From: an uncultured Anaerolineae bacterium
GTDB lineage: Bacteria; Chloroflexota; Anaerolineae; Fen-1058
Direction: 5' to 3'
Assembly (NCBI GenBank): GCA_964651475.1
Contig: CAZYXV010000019.1
Coordinates: 11,837 to 75,836, forward strand
DNA: 64,000 nucleotides
A program made the position numbers and the translations under genes. Shown here one piece after another: positions 46,028 to 56,816 of the stretch. The notes under the pieces are model-generated. The model searched no databases and had not been told where the DNA came from. It worked only from the letters and a program-made list of their open reading frames with translations. How positions within the stretch are numbered: the first letter of the stretch is position 1; every line of letters begins with the position of its first letter.

Positions 46028-48514
46028 TTACTTGGCCAGCTTTTTAGCCTGCCTGATCCACGACTTGGGATCAATCTTGCGCCAGCCCGCGACGCTCATA
46101 ATGGTTCTGATTTGTTCCGGCGTTGCGTTAGCGAGTTGTTCAAAAGTGTAAATACCCGCCTGATACAACTTTTCCTGGTAGACCGGGCCAATGCCGTTAA
46201 TGACAATCAGGTCATCCTTCTGGGGCGGCGCTTGAGGCGCTTCCGATTGGACCGAAAGAGCCTGCAGCCTGTCCTGATAGCCTTGGATGGCGGTTTCCAG
46301 CTGGTGGATGGCACTTGCTTTTTCGTCCGCCTCTGCGCGCAGCGCGGCGATGACGTGCTCCCGTTCCTGGAGCGATGCCTCCAATCCGCCAGTGTGCGCT
46401 TCCGCCTCGGCCACGCGGCCCGTCAGCCCGGCAAGCTGGCTATCCCGCTCCTTCACCGCCTGCTTTAGCCCCTCGAGTTCGCTGTGCAGCGCGTTGAGCC
46501 GATCCTGCCGCTCAGCAACACCCGCCTCCAATTGCCGGATAGCGTTGACCCTTTCGTCCGCCTCTGCGCGCAGCCCGGCGATGATGTGCTCACGCTCCTG
46601 GAGCGATGCCTCCAATCCGCCAGCGCGCGCTTCCGCCTCGGCCGCGCGAGCCGTCAGTCCGGCAAGCTGGCTATCCCGCTCCTTCACCGCCTGCTTTAGC
46701 CCCTCGAGTTCGCTGTGCAGCGCGTTGAGCCGATCCTGCCGCTCAGCAACGCCTGCCTCCAATTGCCGGATAGCGTTGACTCTTTCGTCCGCCTCTGCGC
46801 GTAGCCCGGCGATGATGTGCTCACGCCCCTGGAGCGATGCCTCCAATCCGCCAGCGCACGCTTCCGCCTCGGCCGCGCGAGCCGTCAGTCCGGCAAGCTG
46901 GCTATCTCGCTCCCTCACCGCCTGCTCCAACTCGCCAACGTGGCCTTGCAGCGCGTTGAGCCGATCCTGCCGCTCGGCAACACCCGCCTCCAATTGCCGG
47001 ATAGCGTTGACCCTTTCGTCCGCCTCTGCGCGCAGCCCGGCGATGATGTGCTCACGCTCCTGGAGCGATACCTCCAATCCGCCAGCGCGCGCTTCCGCCT
47101 CGGCCGCGCGGGCCGTCAGCCCGGCAAGCTGGCTATCTCGCTCCCTCACCGCCTGCTCCAACTCGCCGAGAGTCTTGGTTTGCTCGTCGAGCCGCGCCTT
47201 TAACTCGACGTTGACCTTTTCTCTTTCGGCAAGTTGATCGCGCAGTTGCACCGCACGCGCATCGGATTCACCCAGGCATTCCTGAAGATCGGCCACGACC
47301 TGTCCCTTGCTGCCGAGTTCGGCTTGCAGGCCGCGCACCTGCGCTTCGCGTTCGTCCACCGTCGCTTCCAGGCGCTTGACGGCAATAGTCTTTTCCTCCA
47401 ATCCGGCCCGCAAAGCAACAAGCGATTGATCCTTGTCCTTTAGCAATGCTCCCAGGTTATTTGCCGTCACTTCAGTCTCGGCCAAGCGCGTCCTGAGGTT
47501 CTCGATCTGTCCCTCGCGCTCACCAGCTATTCGTTCCAAATTGCCAAATGCCAGGCGCCGCTCCTCGAGTTGCGCTTTCAAATCGAGAACGGCCTTTTCT
47601 CCCCCGCTCACCTGGTCGCGCAACTGCGCCGCGCTTGCCTCGAATTCGCCCAGGCGCGCCTGGAGGCCGGCTATCGCCTGTCCCTTGCCGTCCAGTTCGG
47701 CTTGCAGGGTGTTGATTCGTTCCGCGCGTTCGGCGGCAGCCTCCTCCAGCCGCTGCATCGCGATCGCTTTCGCCTCTGCCTCTTTTTGCAGAGCGGCAAG
47801 CGCCTGCTCCCTTTCTCGGAGCGCGGCTTCAAGCCGGCCGAGGGCATTGGCGCGCTCGTCAAGTTGCGCCCTTAACTCGAGCGCAGCTTTTTCTTTTTCG
47901 CCCACCTGGTCGCGCAGTTGGGCGGCGTTTGCCCCGGACTCACCCAGGCGGGTCTGAAGATCGGAGATGATTTGATCTTTGCTGTGGATTTCAACTTGCA
48001 TACCACGCGCGCGCTCCTCTCGCTCGGCGGCGGCCTCTTCCAGGCGTTTGATCGCACCGGCCTTGTCGGCCATCTCTGCGCGCAAAGCGTCAATCGCCCG
48101 CGTTTTTTCGTGGAGGGATGATTCCAGCCCGCCGGCTCTGGCCTCAACTTCTGCAAGGCGAATCGTCTTGGCTTCGATCTGGCTTTCGCGTTCGCTCAGA
48201 ACGTGCTCGAGGTTGCCAAGCGCCTGACTCCGCTCATCGAGTTGCGTCTTGAGATGGTGGGTGGATTTTTCTCCTTCGCTTACCAGGGTGCGCAAGCGCG
48301 TTGCATGCGCCTCAGACTCGCTCAGGCGCACCTCGAGGTCAGCCACCGTCCGCTCTCTGTTCCCCAGAGTCGCTTGCAAATTGTTCGCGTGGTCCTGGCG
48401 CTGTCGCACCTGTTCTCGCCAATACAACCACGTAACCAGCCAGCCCAAAATTATGCCTGCGACCAGGGCAATGATCGCCACAAATATATTATTTGGCATT
48501 GTTTGGCTCCTCAT
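46028..48514 (-). CDS. Membrane-anchored long coiled-coil protein with four near-identical ~77-aa repeats and C-terminal helix-hairpin-helix-like domain
   Basis: N-terminal TM (IFVAIIALVAGIILGWLVTWLYW); repeated ELEQAVRERDSQLAGLTARAAEAEARAGGLE.SLQEREHIIAGLRAEADERVNAIRQLEAGVAERQDRLNAL; C-term INGIGPVYQEKLYQAGIYTFEQLANATPEQI. Confidence 0.6.
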   Translation of the reverse strand: MRSQTMPNNIFVAIIALVAGIILGWLVTWLYWREQVRQRQDHANNLQATLGNRERTVADLEVRLSESEAHATRLRTLVSEGEKSTHHLKTQLDERSQALGNLEHVLSERESQIEAKTIRLAEVEARAGGLESSLHEKTRAIDALRAEMADKAGAIKRLEEAAAEREERARGMQVEIHSKDQIISDLQTRLGESGANAAQLRDQVGEKEKAALELRAQLDERANALGRLEAALREREQALAALQKEAEAKAIAMQRLEEAAAERAERINTLQAELDGKGQAIAGLQARLGEFEASAAQLRDQVSGGEKAVLDLKAQLEERRLAFGNLERIAGEREGQIENLRTRLAETEVTANNLGALLKDKDQSLVALRAGLEEKTIAVKRLEATVDEREAQVRGLQAELGSKGQVVADLQECLGESDARAVQLRDQLAEREKVNVELKARLDEQTKTLGELEQAVRERDSQLAGLTARAAEAEARAGGLEVSLQEREHIIAGLRAEADERVNAIRQLEAGVAERQDRLNALQGHVGELEQAVRERDSQLAGLTARAAEAEACAGGLEASLQGREHIIAGLRAEADERVNAIRQLEAGVAERQDRLNALHSELEGLKQAVKERDSQLAGLTARAAEAEARAGGLEASLQEREHIIAGLRAEADERVNAIRQLEAGVAERQDRLNALHSELEGLKQAVKERDSQLAGLTGRVAEAEAHTGGLEASLQEREHVIAALRAEADEKASAIHQLETAIQGYQDRLQALSVQSEAPQAPPQKDDLIVINGIGPVYQEKLYQAGIYTFEQLANATPEQIRTIMSVAGWRKIDPKSWIRQAKKLAK
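46300..47180. repeat. Tandem ~231-bp repeats (about 3.8 copies) inside the coiled-coil gene
   Basis: GCGCGTTGAGCCGATCCTGCCGCTC recurs at 46489, 46720, 46951 (period 231 bp); units >90% identical. Confidence 0.7.
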
Positions 48515-48704
48515 AAGTGTCTGTTATTGTATTCGGCTACAGTGTAGCGCACTTTATCTTCTCAATAATTCGGGGTAGCCAGTCAGCCTGAGCCGTTCTG
48601 AGCTCACGTCGAAGCCTGTCGAAGGCTGATTGTCAAGTATGAAAAATCACCCTTCGACAGGCTCAGGGTGCTTTTCACCCCTACTTTTTGAGAAGATACA
48701 GCGA

Positions 48705-50564
48705 TTACACCAACTTGATCGCCGCCTCCATAATTGCCTGGATGCGCCCCACCATATCGGCGGGGTTGGGATGAATTCCCTCTACCAGGAGCGCGTTTTC
48801 GTACAACTGCTCAATAGACAAATCAATCAGCGCCTCCTCCGGCCGCTCGGTCGCCCATCGCGCCAGGTTCTTGATCATGGGATGGGCGCGGTTGATTTCG
48901 AGCAGTTTCTTGGGCGTCTCAAAGGTCTGATCCAGCAAGCGCCGCACGCGCGCCATATCACGCTCGGCGGCGTCTTCGGGTGAAACCAGGCGGCACGGGC
49001 TATCGGTCAACAGCCGCGACTCGCGCACATCGGTGACGCGGCTGCCCAACGTCTTGCGGAATCGCTCGACCAGCGTATTGAACTGGTCTTCGGGCGCTTG
49101 CTCGGCGGCGGGCTGGTCGGCCGGCGGCAAATCCAGCCCCGCGTCGTCTACGTTTTTGACCGGCTTGCCATCAAACTCGCGCAGCCCCAGCACCATAAAA
49201 CTGTCAATCGTCTCGGTCAGGTACAGCACTTCGATATCGTGCGTCCTGAAATAATCCAGGTGCGGGCTGCGTGTCACAGACTTGGGATCGTCACCCAGGA
49301 TATAATAGATTGTCTTTTGATCCTCCTTCATCCGCCCCACATAGTCAGCCAGTGAGGCCAATGAGTCGCCCGACTTGGACGTGCGAAAGCGCAGCAGCGG
49401 CAAGAGCGGTTCGCGCCCGGCCAAATCGGTCGCCACACCTTCTTTGATGAACACGCCAAACTGTTCCCAGAATTTTTGATAGGTCTCCGGCTCGTCTCGG
49501 GCGATGCGCCCCAACTCATCCAGCACCTTGCGCGTGATGTTGGCCTTCATCTTTTCCATCAAGCGCGTGGCCTGGATCGTTTCTCGGGAGATATTGAGCG
49601 GCAAGTCTTCGCTATCTACCACGCCTTCCACAAAGCGCAAGTGATTGGGCAGCAGATCTTTGCAATAGTCTTGAATCAAGACCTTGCGCGAATACAGCTT
49701 GAGGCCGTGATCGGTGCGCAGGGCCAACATACCCCGCTCGCGCTTGGAGGGCACGTACAACACCGCGTACATTTGCACCGGCGCGTCGGTGACCAGGTGA
49801 ACGCGCGCCAGCGGCTTTTCAAAATCCAGCGTCAGGTGCTTGTAAAATTCGTCGTACTGCTCCGCTGTCACCTCGCGCGGCGATTGCCGCCACAACGCTG
49901 TCCGGCGATTGACCGCCTGTTCCTTATCGCCGACGTAAATCGGGAACGCCACGAAATCCGAATGTTTCTTGATAATCTGCTCCAGCCGCCAGGCCGCGGC
50001 AAATTCGGCTGCGTCTTCTTTCAGCTTGATCTCGACGCTCGTGCCGCGTGTGGACTTGTCGGCGGCGGCCAACGTATAGGTATTATCGCCGCGCGAGGTC
50101 CACGCGCACGCTTCTGCGTCGGGCCAGTAAGAGCGCGACGTCACCGTAACCTCGTCGGCCACCATGAACACGCTGTAAAAGCCCACGCCAAACTGCCCGA
50201 TGAGGTCGGTGGAAATTGGCCTGTCGGTGTCTTGCAACTTTTTGAGGAATTCGATCGCGCCAGAGTGGGCAATCGTGCCCAGGTTCTCGATCAACTCTTC
50301 GCGCGTCATGCCGATGCCAGTATCGGCGATGGTCAATGTCTTGGCCTGCTCGTCGAACGCGATGCGCACGGCCAGCTCGGCGTCTGGATCGAGCACGTCC
50401 CGATTGGTCAACATCTCGAATTGCAGCCGGTGCAGCGCATCCGAAGCGTTCGAGACCAGCTCGCGCAAAAATATCTCGCGATCTCGGTACAACGAGTGGA
50501 CCAGGATGTGCAGCAATTGCTGGATTTCGGCCCGAAATTCAAATGATTGAGGTCCTTGTGACAT
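48705..50564 (-). CDS. htpG: Molecular chaperone HtpG (Hsp90 family)
   Basis: N-terminal EIFLRELVSNASDAL GHKL ATPase signature and overall Hsp90 collinearity; likely start at MSQGPQSF. Confidence 0.9.
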   Translation of the reverse strand: MSQGPQSFEFRAEIQQLLHILVHSLYRDREIFLRELVSNASDALHRLQFEMLTNRDVLDPDAELAVRIAFDEQAKTLTIADTGIGMTREELIENLGTIAHSGAIEFLKKLQDTDRPISTDLIGQFGVGFYSVFMVADEVTVTSRSYWPDAEACAWTSRGDNTYTLAAADKSTRGTSVEIKLKEDAAEFAAAWRLEQIIKKHSDFVAFPIYVGDKEQAVNRRTALWRQSPREVTAEQYDEFYKHLTLDFEKPLARVHLVTDAPVQMYAVLYVPSKRERGMLALRTDHGLKLYSRKVLIQDYCKDLLPNHLRFVEGVVDSEDLPLNISRETIQATRLMEKMKANITRKVLDELGRIARDEPETYQKFWEQFGVFIKEGVATDLAGREPLLPLLRFRTSKSGDSLASLADYVGRMKEDQKTIYYILGDDPKSVTRSPHLDYFRTHDIEVLYLTETIDSFMVLGLREFDGKPVKNVDDAGLDLPPADQPAAEQAPEDQFNTLVERFRKTLGSRVTDVRESRLLTDSPCRLVSPEDAAERDMARVRRLLDQTFETPKKLLEINRAHPMIKNLARWATERPEEALIDLSIEQLYENALLVEGIHPNPADMVGRIQAIMEAAIKLV

Positions 50565-50583
50565 ATTCACCTCCTCTTGCAAG

Positions 50584-51696
50584 CTAGACCGGGATTACCC
50601 GCAGCGCCCGGTCAAACGTGGTTAAACTTTTACAACCCTCGTCCGTAATCACCACATCATCCTCTATTCTCACCCCCCCTTTGCCAGGAATGTACACGCC
50701 TGGTTCAATCGTAAACGTCATGCCGCTCTCTAAGAGCGTCACGTCTCCCTCGCGGGCAAACGGCGCTTCGTGCACATCCAGACCCAGGCCATGCCCGGTC
50801 CTGTGAGTAAAATTTTCTTTGTAACCGGCCTCGTTAATGACCTTTCTGGCCGCCCGGTCTACCTCCTGAATCTCTACGCCGGGGCGGGCCGCGGCGCGCC
50901 CCGCTTCGTTGGCCTCCAACACAATCTTGTAGATGCGTTTCAGTTCCTCGTCCTCGACTTCGCCCAGGGCAAACGTGCGCGTAATGTCGCTGACATAGCC
51001 ATTCACGCTCACGCCAAAATCGAACAACAACAACTGGTTGCCGCGAATGACCTTGTCGCCGGGTCCGCCGTGCGGCAAGGCCGTATTCGCGCCCACCAAC
51101 ACAATCGGCTCAAACGACGCGCCCTCCGCCCCGTAGCGCAGACAGGCCACTTGCAACTCGGCGGCCAGTTCCTTTTCCGTCATGCCGGCGCGCACTTTTT
51201 CGAGCGTATCCGCCAGCGCCGCCTCAGCAATCTCGACGGCACGGCGCATGGCGGCGATCTCGCTTTCGTCTTTGCGCATGCGCAGGCCGCCCACTAGCGG
51301 CTCGGCGGCGGCCAGCCTGACGCCGCTGGTGCTGGCCTTGAGCAGCTTGAGCTCCATCACGCGCAAGATCAATTCTTCCACCGCCAGCGTGTGCCCTGAA
51401 AGGTTCAACGCTTCGCACGCCTGCTTGAACGCATTCGCCGGGCCTTCCTCGTCGGTCCAGGGGAACAAGCGCCAATCAATCGTCACCGGCCCGGCCTCCG
51501 GCTTGCTCGCCTCCAGCGCCGGCAAAATGAGCGCGGGGTCGCCTTCAACCGGGAACAGCGCCAGCGTGGGGCGCTCGCTCAAGTGAAAGGACAGACCCGT
51601 AAGATACATCATATTCACGCCGGGCATCACAGCCACGCAATCCACGCCGACGTTCCTCGCCGCGGCCATCAATTTGTCAATGCGTTCTCCGTTCAT
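50584..51696 (-). CDS. Xaa-Pro aminopeptidase / M24B family metallopeptidase
   Basis: HRTGHGLGLDVHE and GMTFTIEPGVY metal-binding motifs of M24. Confidence 0.85.
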   Translation of the reverse strand: MNGERIDKLMAAARNVGVDCVAVMPGVNMMYLTGLSFHLSERPTLALFPVEGDPALILPALEASKPEAGPVTIDWRLFPWTDEEGPANAFKQACEALNLSGHTLAVEELILRVMELKLLKASTSGVRLAAAEPLVGGLRMRKDESEIAAMRRAVEIAEAALADTLEKVRAGMTEKELAAELQVACLRYGAEGASFEPIVLVGANTALPHGGPGDKVIRGNQLLLFDFGVSVNGYVSDITRTFALGEVEDEELKRIYKIVLEANEAGRAAARPGVEIQEVDRAARKVINEAGYKENFTHRTGHGLGLDVHEAPFAREGDVTLLESGMTFTIEPGVYIPGKGGVRIEDDVVITDEGCKSLTTFDRALRVIPV

Positions 51697-52114
51697 TGTT
51701 TTTCCTTGTATATTTACTCACGGAGCCAACTGGCCCCTTTGACCACAGCCAGCAACATTATTGTTGCCAGCCACTCAAAATCGTGCTACAATTCTATCGG
51801 CAATTGGAAACGCTCCTTCTCCTTGAGGTTCGGCCTCGTTTGAAAGACTGTTTCCTTGCCCTGTGAGTGGCCACGAATGAGTAGGTGGTATCGTACGGAT
51901 ACGCCTGACGAACAAGGTTGTGGGTCTCACAGGCCTTCGAGGGTGATTGCCGATCAGTCGTTAGCATTTTCTGGTTTTGCTTTGCCAATAGGATCCTCTT
52001 TCGTGGGTTGAATATATCCTTCAACCTACTCTATTTGCTTGCCACATATCCGCCTGTCGCTCACTTGTCATAGTAGGTCTTTCTATTCTATGTTGCGCAT
52101 TGCGCGTTCACGCA

Positions 52115-53671
52115 TCACGCTCGACGTATCACCTGTGGCGCTCTACGTTTCACCAGGTCCAGCGCCGCCCGCGCCTCTTCCGCGCCAAGCAGCCAGGCGG
52201 CGCCCCCGTATACCGCCGCGCCAACCACAACACCGCTGGCGGCCAATGCCATGCTCGAGCGCATCGGCGCAATGGACAGGAATCCCCACACTGCCACGCC
52301 CATGATCAACGAGGATACTGCCGTCTTGGCGATAGAACGCCACTCACTCCACTGGCCCCATCCCCCCAGGCGCGGCCGTATGAACCACAGCAGCAAAACC
52401 ATTTCCGCGTACGCGGCCAGCGTATTCGCCAGCGCCAGCCCCGCCATGTGCATCGGCCCGATCAGCAAGAGGCTAAGGGCAAGATTGGCGAGCATCGCCG
52501 CCACCCCAATAATCACCGGCGTGTGAGTATCGTGCATGGCGTAAAACGCGCGCACCAGGATTTCGATGCCGGAATGAGCCGCCAGCCCGGGCGCGTAAAA
52601 CGCCAGCGCCAGCGCCACCATCCCGGTCGAGCTTGCCTGGAACTTGCCGCGCTCGAACAGAGCCGCTACCAGCGGCGCGCGCAGCGCCCACAATCCCACC
52701 GCCGCCGGCAGGGTTACAAACACAATCGCCCGCAGCGTAGCGCCCAGCGCGCCGCGCATAGCCTCTTGCTGGCCTCGCGCGGCTTGCTCGGCAAACGTGG
52801 GAAACGCTGCCGTCGCCACCGATTGGGCAAAAACGCCCTGCGGCAACAACATGACGCGCCAGGCATAATCGAGCGCCGCCACCGCGCCGCTGCCCAGCCG
52901 CGAGGCCAGATTCGTGCTCACCAAAATGTTGACCTGCACCACGGCCACGCCCAAGATGCGCGGCCCCATCAGCCACAGAACCTCGCGCACGCCGCTGTCT
53001 CGCAACGACAGCACCGGCGTATAGCGCCAACCCATCCTGATCAATCCCGGCAACTGAACCAGGAAATGCAGCCCCGCGCCACCCACTGCGCCCAACGCCG
53101 CGCCCATCGGCCCCATCGTCGGGACAAGCCACCACGCGCCCAGGATGATGCCCAGGTTGTATGCCGCCGGCGCAATCCCCGGCAGCAAGAACTGCTGCTG
53201 CGCGTTGAGCACCCCCATCATCAACCCCGACACGCTAAAAATCACCGGGCTGATCAACATCACGCGCACTAATGTCGCAGTCAAGGCTTGCTTTTCCGGG
53301 CCAAAACCCGGCGCCAGCACGCCCCTCACCAATTGCGGCGCCAAGAGGGCAGCCACCACGGCAACCGCGCTCACACTCACCAACAGCAAGTTGATCATAG
53401 CGCTGGTCAGATGCCATGCCCCTTCACGGTCGCCGCGCGCTGTGTAGCTGGCAAAAGTAGGTATAAACGCCGAAGCCAACGCGCCCCCCGCCATGAGCAC
53501 AAAGATAATATCTGGGATGCGAAAGGCAGATAAATAAGCATCGGCGGCATCGCTGGTACCCAATTGCGCGGTGATAACAACATCACGCGCCACCCCCATC
53601 AAGCGGCTGACGGCGAAGGCAATCATGACAGTGACGCTGGCGCGCGCAATCTGGCGGTTACTTGATGTCAT
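52115..53671 (-). CDS. murJ: Lipid II flippase MurJ (MviN)
   Basis: 14-TM protein with MurJ N-terminal signature ...VSRLMGVARDVVITAQLGTSDAADAYLSAFRIPD. Confidence 0.85.
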   Translation of the reverse strand: MTSSNRQIARASVTVMIAFAVSRLMGVARDVVITAQLGTSDAADAYLSAFRIPDIIFVLMAGGALASAFIPTFASYTARGDREGAWHLTSAMINLLLVSVSAVAVVAALLAPQLVRGVLAPGFGPEKQALTATLVRVMLISPVIFSVSGLMMGVLNAQQQFLLPGIAPAAYNLGIILGAWWLVPTMGPMGAALGAVGGAGLHFLVQLPGLIRMGWRYTPVLSLRDSGVREVLWLMGPRILGVAVVQVNILVSTNLASRLGSGAVAALDYAWRVMLLPQGVFAQSVATAAFPTFAEQAARGQQEAMRGALGATLRAIVFVTLPAAVGLWALRAPLVAALFERGKFQASSTGMVALALAFYAPGLAAHSGIEILVRAFYAMHDTHTPVIIGVAAMLANLALSLLLIGPMHMAGLALANTLAAYAEMVLLLWFIRPRLGGWGQWSEWRSIAKTAVSSLIMGVAVWGFLSIAPMRSSMALAASGVVVGAAVYGGAAWLLGAEEARAALDLVKRRAPQVIRRA

Positions 53672-53700
53672 CGGGGAGAATTATACCACTTAAATGGACA

Positions 53701-53729
53701 GGGCCTGCACCAAAGATCCGTGCAGGCCC
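53701..53729. promoter_or_regulatory. Palindrome GGGCCTGCAC-N9-GTGCAGGCCC in the divergent murJ / glycosyltransferase intergenic region (candidate operator)
   Basis: Perfect 10-bp inverted arms. Confidence 0.3.
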
Positions 53730-53945
53730 CGAAAGGATAATGGATAGATAAAAGCTAAAGAGCCAGGGACGCCGCCCCCTGGCTCTTGCTAAAAGGAGGA
53801 GAAGAAATACCCGCCCGCTGCTCTTATCTGGCTACATCATAACACATGATTATATTACGTACTGGACGCGAAACCTACGATTAGCCTACGCATCCCCCAT
53901 CGCGCGTTTGCCAGCAGCTATGATGTCAGGTATAATCAGCCCACC

Positions 53946-56816
53946 ATGAACCTGTTTCAAAAACTCCCCCACCCGCCGCGTTGGTTAGAATATGGTTTAT
54001 TAATCGTCATCTTGTGGATTGGGCTGTGGCTGCGTGTTTACGATCTGGCGCAGTTGCCCTACGGTCCCTACTACGACGAGGCTGCCAACATTATTCTAGC
54101 CGGCGAGATTTCCACCGGGCAATATCTGCCGATCTTTATCGAGCCGTACACGGGCAAAGAAGTTTTGTTTTTTTACCTGGCCGCCGTGCTGATGCGGCTG
54201 GTGGGCATCAGCACGTGGGCGCTGCGGCTCACCTCGGCGCTGGTGGGCGTGATCAGTATTCTGATGGCCTATCGGTTAACGCGCGAACTATTCGCCGACG
54301 AGCCGTTGGTCGGGGCGCGTTGGCTGGCGCTGTTGACCGCCGCGCTCATGGCGGCAGCGTTCTGGCCCATGGTCGTCAATCGCTATGGCTACCGCGCCAA
54401 CACCTTGCCCCTGACGCAATCAGTTATGCTGTGGGCCATGTGGCGAGGGCTTGAACAGCCAGGCAAGCGAGGGCAAATCGAGTGGATGGCGCTGGCCGGC
54501 GCGTGGTGCGGGCTGACGGCCTACACATACCTCTCCAGCCGATTCGTCCCCTTTGCACTGGCGGTGGTGTGGGCGCTGATCTTGTCCGCCGACCGCGCCA
54601 TGCTTCGCCGCCGGCTGCTCCAACTGCTCGTATTCGGCCTGGCCGCTTTGATCGTCTTTGCGCCGTTGGGTTGGTTCTTTTACACGCACCCCCAAACTTT
54701 TACCGTGCGTTTATCACAAGTGGTGGACCAGGGCATCGCTGGCGGCCCGAACACATTTGTAACGTCGTCGCTGCGCGCGCTGGAAATGTTTACACTGCGC
54801 GGCGACCCGCAGGTGCGTTTTGGCGTGCCGGAATTGCCCGCTTTTCCGGGACCGCTGGGGTGGCTTTTTTACGCAGGGGTTCTAACGCTGGCCGTGCGGT
54901 TGTTTAGTTTTAGCGGGCCGCGCGGACAGGTGCGTTATTTGATGCTGGTAATATGGATACTGACCATGCTCGTTCCCAGCATATTGGCCGTGCCTTACGA
55001 AGTTCCGCACAGCCTGCGCTCAATTGGCGTGATGCCCATGATGTACACACTGGCAGCGCTGGGCGGCGTGGCTGTGTTGAGTGTGATATATCGCTACATT
55101 GTGCGCAGCCGCGTTACGCTCAATGCGCTGGCGGCGCTTTGCACCGTTGTCGTGTTGGGCGCGGGAAGCATTTTCTCGTTTCACAATTATTTTGCAATTT
55201 GGGCCAGTTCGCCCAATGCCTACCGGGATCTGGACGGCGACATGGCCGACGCCGCGAGATACCTCAATAGCCGCGACTTGAGCAACACACTGGTGTACGT
55301 CTCATCATATCACTATCGCCACCCCACCGTTGCCGCACTGGCGCGCCAGTACGAGCAAATCAAATGGATCACGGGGGAAAACACGCTTGTATTCCCTCAA
55401 GTGCGGCCCGGCCAGACGGCGCTATTCATTTTCCCCTATTCCGCCATGCCCGAAGAGGACTGGCTGTCCCAATATTTTCCGCCTGGAGCCCAGGTTGCCC
55501 GATATCTTGCCGCCGGCGACCAGACTGCCTACCGCGCCTACGAATTGCGCGCCCTTCCGGTCATCTCGCCGCAACACACGCTAAATATGAATTTTGGCGG
55601 TATCATCGAGCTTTTAGGTTACGATGTGCTTCGCCCGGCTTATTCGGGGCAAAATATTCACGTGGCGTTGTATTGGCGTGTGCTGAAAACGCCGGATCGA
55701 GGCGATTATCAATTCTTTGGCGAACTGACCGACGCTTGGGGCATCGAGTTTGGCAAGCACAGTTCGTTCGCATACCCCTCGGAGCAATGGTCGCCTGGCG
55801 AAATTATTGTAGACTGGTGGCGCGTGCCAACTCCGGCCGGCGCGCCGCCAGGCGAGTATGTGCTCAAAGCCGGCGTGTGGTCGCCCACCGACGCCAAACG
55901 CTTGACGGCGACCAACGAGCAGGGGCGCTTTGCCGGCACAACCGCCAGGCTCGCGCCAATATCAGTTGGGGCGCCCAGGCGCGTTTTTGCGCCAACGGAC
56001 GTGGATATTGCCCATCGGCTAAATGCCCGCATGGGTGAGTTGAATTTGCTTGGCTACGTCCAGTGGCCGGATACAATACGCCAGGGCGACACGCTTTTTG
56101 CGGGACTTTATTGGCAAGCGTCGCAAACGCCCTCGGTGAATCATCGTGTGCGCATCAGTCTAAAGGACGGTGGAACAAATCTCGTGCCGTTATATCAAGA
56201 CGCGCCCGTTCACGGCACGCTGCCCACAACCCAATGGCAGCCTGAGCAAATTGTCGCGGATATAAGCGGGCTGCGGCTGCCCTCGGATATTCCACCCGGC
56301 GAGTACGTTTTGCAAGTTGAGTTGACCGACCCAGCTGGCGGCAGCACCGGCCCGGCTCAAACCTTGGGCGCCGTAACCGTCGAAGCGACACAACGTGCAT
56401 TCAACGTCCCGCCCATCACACACCCCCTGAACGTCAATCTAGGCGAACAAGTAACCTTATTGGGTTACGATTTGGAAACCAGCACTCTGCAGCCAGCGCA
56501 CCCCCTCAAAGTCACGCTCTACTGGCAGTCGCTCGCGCCGATGGAGACCAGTTACACCGTCTTTGTACACCTGGTAGACGGCTCGGGCGCGCCGCGCGCC
56601 CAGGCAGATAGCCCGCCGGTTCGTGGAACATATCCAACCACGTTGTGGGCGCCGGGCGAGGTCGTCACCGACCAGTACGACATCAACCTGCCGCCCGACT
56701 TGCCCGCTGGTGCCTATACCCTCGTGGCCGGCTTGTACGAAGCAGAAAGCGGCGCGCGGCTGTCTTCAGGCGATACGGACAGGGTCGTGCTAGGCGCGGT
56801 CAACCTTGCGCCATGA
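53946..56816 (+). CDS. GT39/ArnT-like polytopic membrane glycosyltransferase with three C-terminal repeated beta-sandwich modules
   Basis: N-terminal multi-TM region with PYGPYYDEAANI (DE motif region of PMT/ArnT-type GTs); three repeats LLGY...LYWQ in the C-terminal half. Confidence 0.55.
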   Translation: MNLFQKLPHPPRWLEYGLLIVILWIGLWLRVYDLAQLPYGPYYDEAANIILAGEISTGQYLPIFIEPYTGKEVLFFYLAAVLMRLVGISTWALRLTSALVGVISILMAYRLTRELFADEPLVGARWLALLTAALMAAAFWPMVVNRYGYRANTLPLTQSVMLWAMWRGLEQPGKRGQIEWMALAGAWCGLTAYTYLSSRFVPFALAVVWALILSADRAMLRRRLLQLLVFGLAALIVFAPLGWFFYTHPQTFTVRLSQVVDQGIAGGPNTFVTSSLRALEMFTLRGDPQVRFGVPELPAFPGPLGWLFYAGVLTLAVRLFSFSGPRGQVRYLMLVIWILTMLVPSILAVPYEVPHSLRSIGVMPMMYTLAALGGVAVLSVIYRYIVRSRVTLNALAALCTVVVLGAGSIFSFHNYFAIWASSPNAYRDLDGDMADAARYLNSRDLSNTLVYVSSYHYRHPTVAALARQYEQIKWITGENTLVFPQVRPGQTALFIFPYSAMPEEDWLSQYFPPGAQVARYLAAGDQTAYRAYELRALPVISPQHTLNMNFGGIIELLGYDVLRPAYSGQNIHVALYWRVLKTPDRGDYQFFGELTDAWGIEFGKHSSFAYPSEQWSPGEIIVDWWRVPTPAGAPPGEYVLKAGVWSPTDAKRLTATNEQGRFAGTTARLAPISVGAPRRVFAPTDVDIAHRLNARMGELNLLGYVQWPDTIRQGDTLFAGLYWQASQTPSVNHRVRISLKDGGTNLVPLYQDAPVHGTLPTTQWQPEQIVADISGLRLPSDIPPGEYVLQVELTDPAGGSTGPAQTLGAVTVEATQRAFNVPPITHPLNVNLGEQVTLLGYDLETSTLQPAHPLKVTLYWQSLAPMETSYTVFVHLVDGSGAPRAQADSPPVRGTYPTTLWAPGEVVTDQYDINLPPDLPAGAYTLVAGLYEAESGARLSSGDTDRVVLGAVNLAP

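Noticed and set aside
46300-47180. Tandem repeats considered as a possible CRISPR or satellite array
   Set aside because: Period is 231 bp, the repeats are in-frame and encode a coiled-coil protein; no short repeat/spacer organisation.
51697-52114. Low-GC 400-bp leader upstream of the pepP-htpG operon as a possible CIRCE/heat-shock element or ncRNA
   Set aside because: No TTAGCACTC-N9-GAGTGCTAA CIRCE match; only a weak 8-bp inverted repeat (CCTGTGAG...CTCACAGG), so not reported as a feature.
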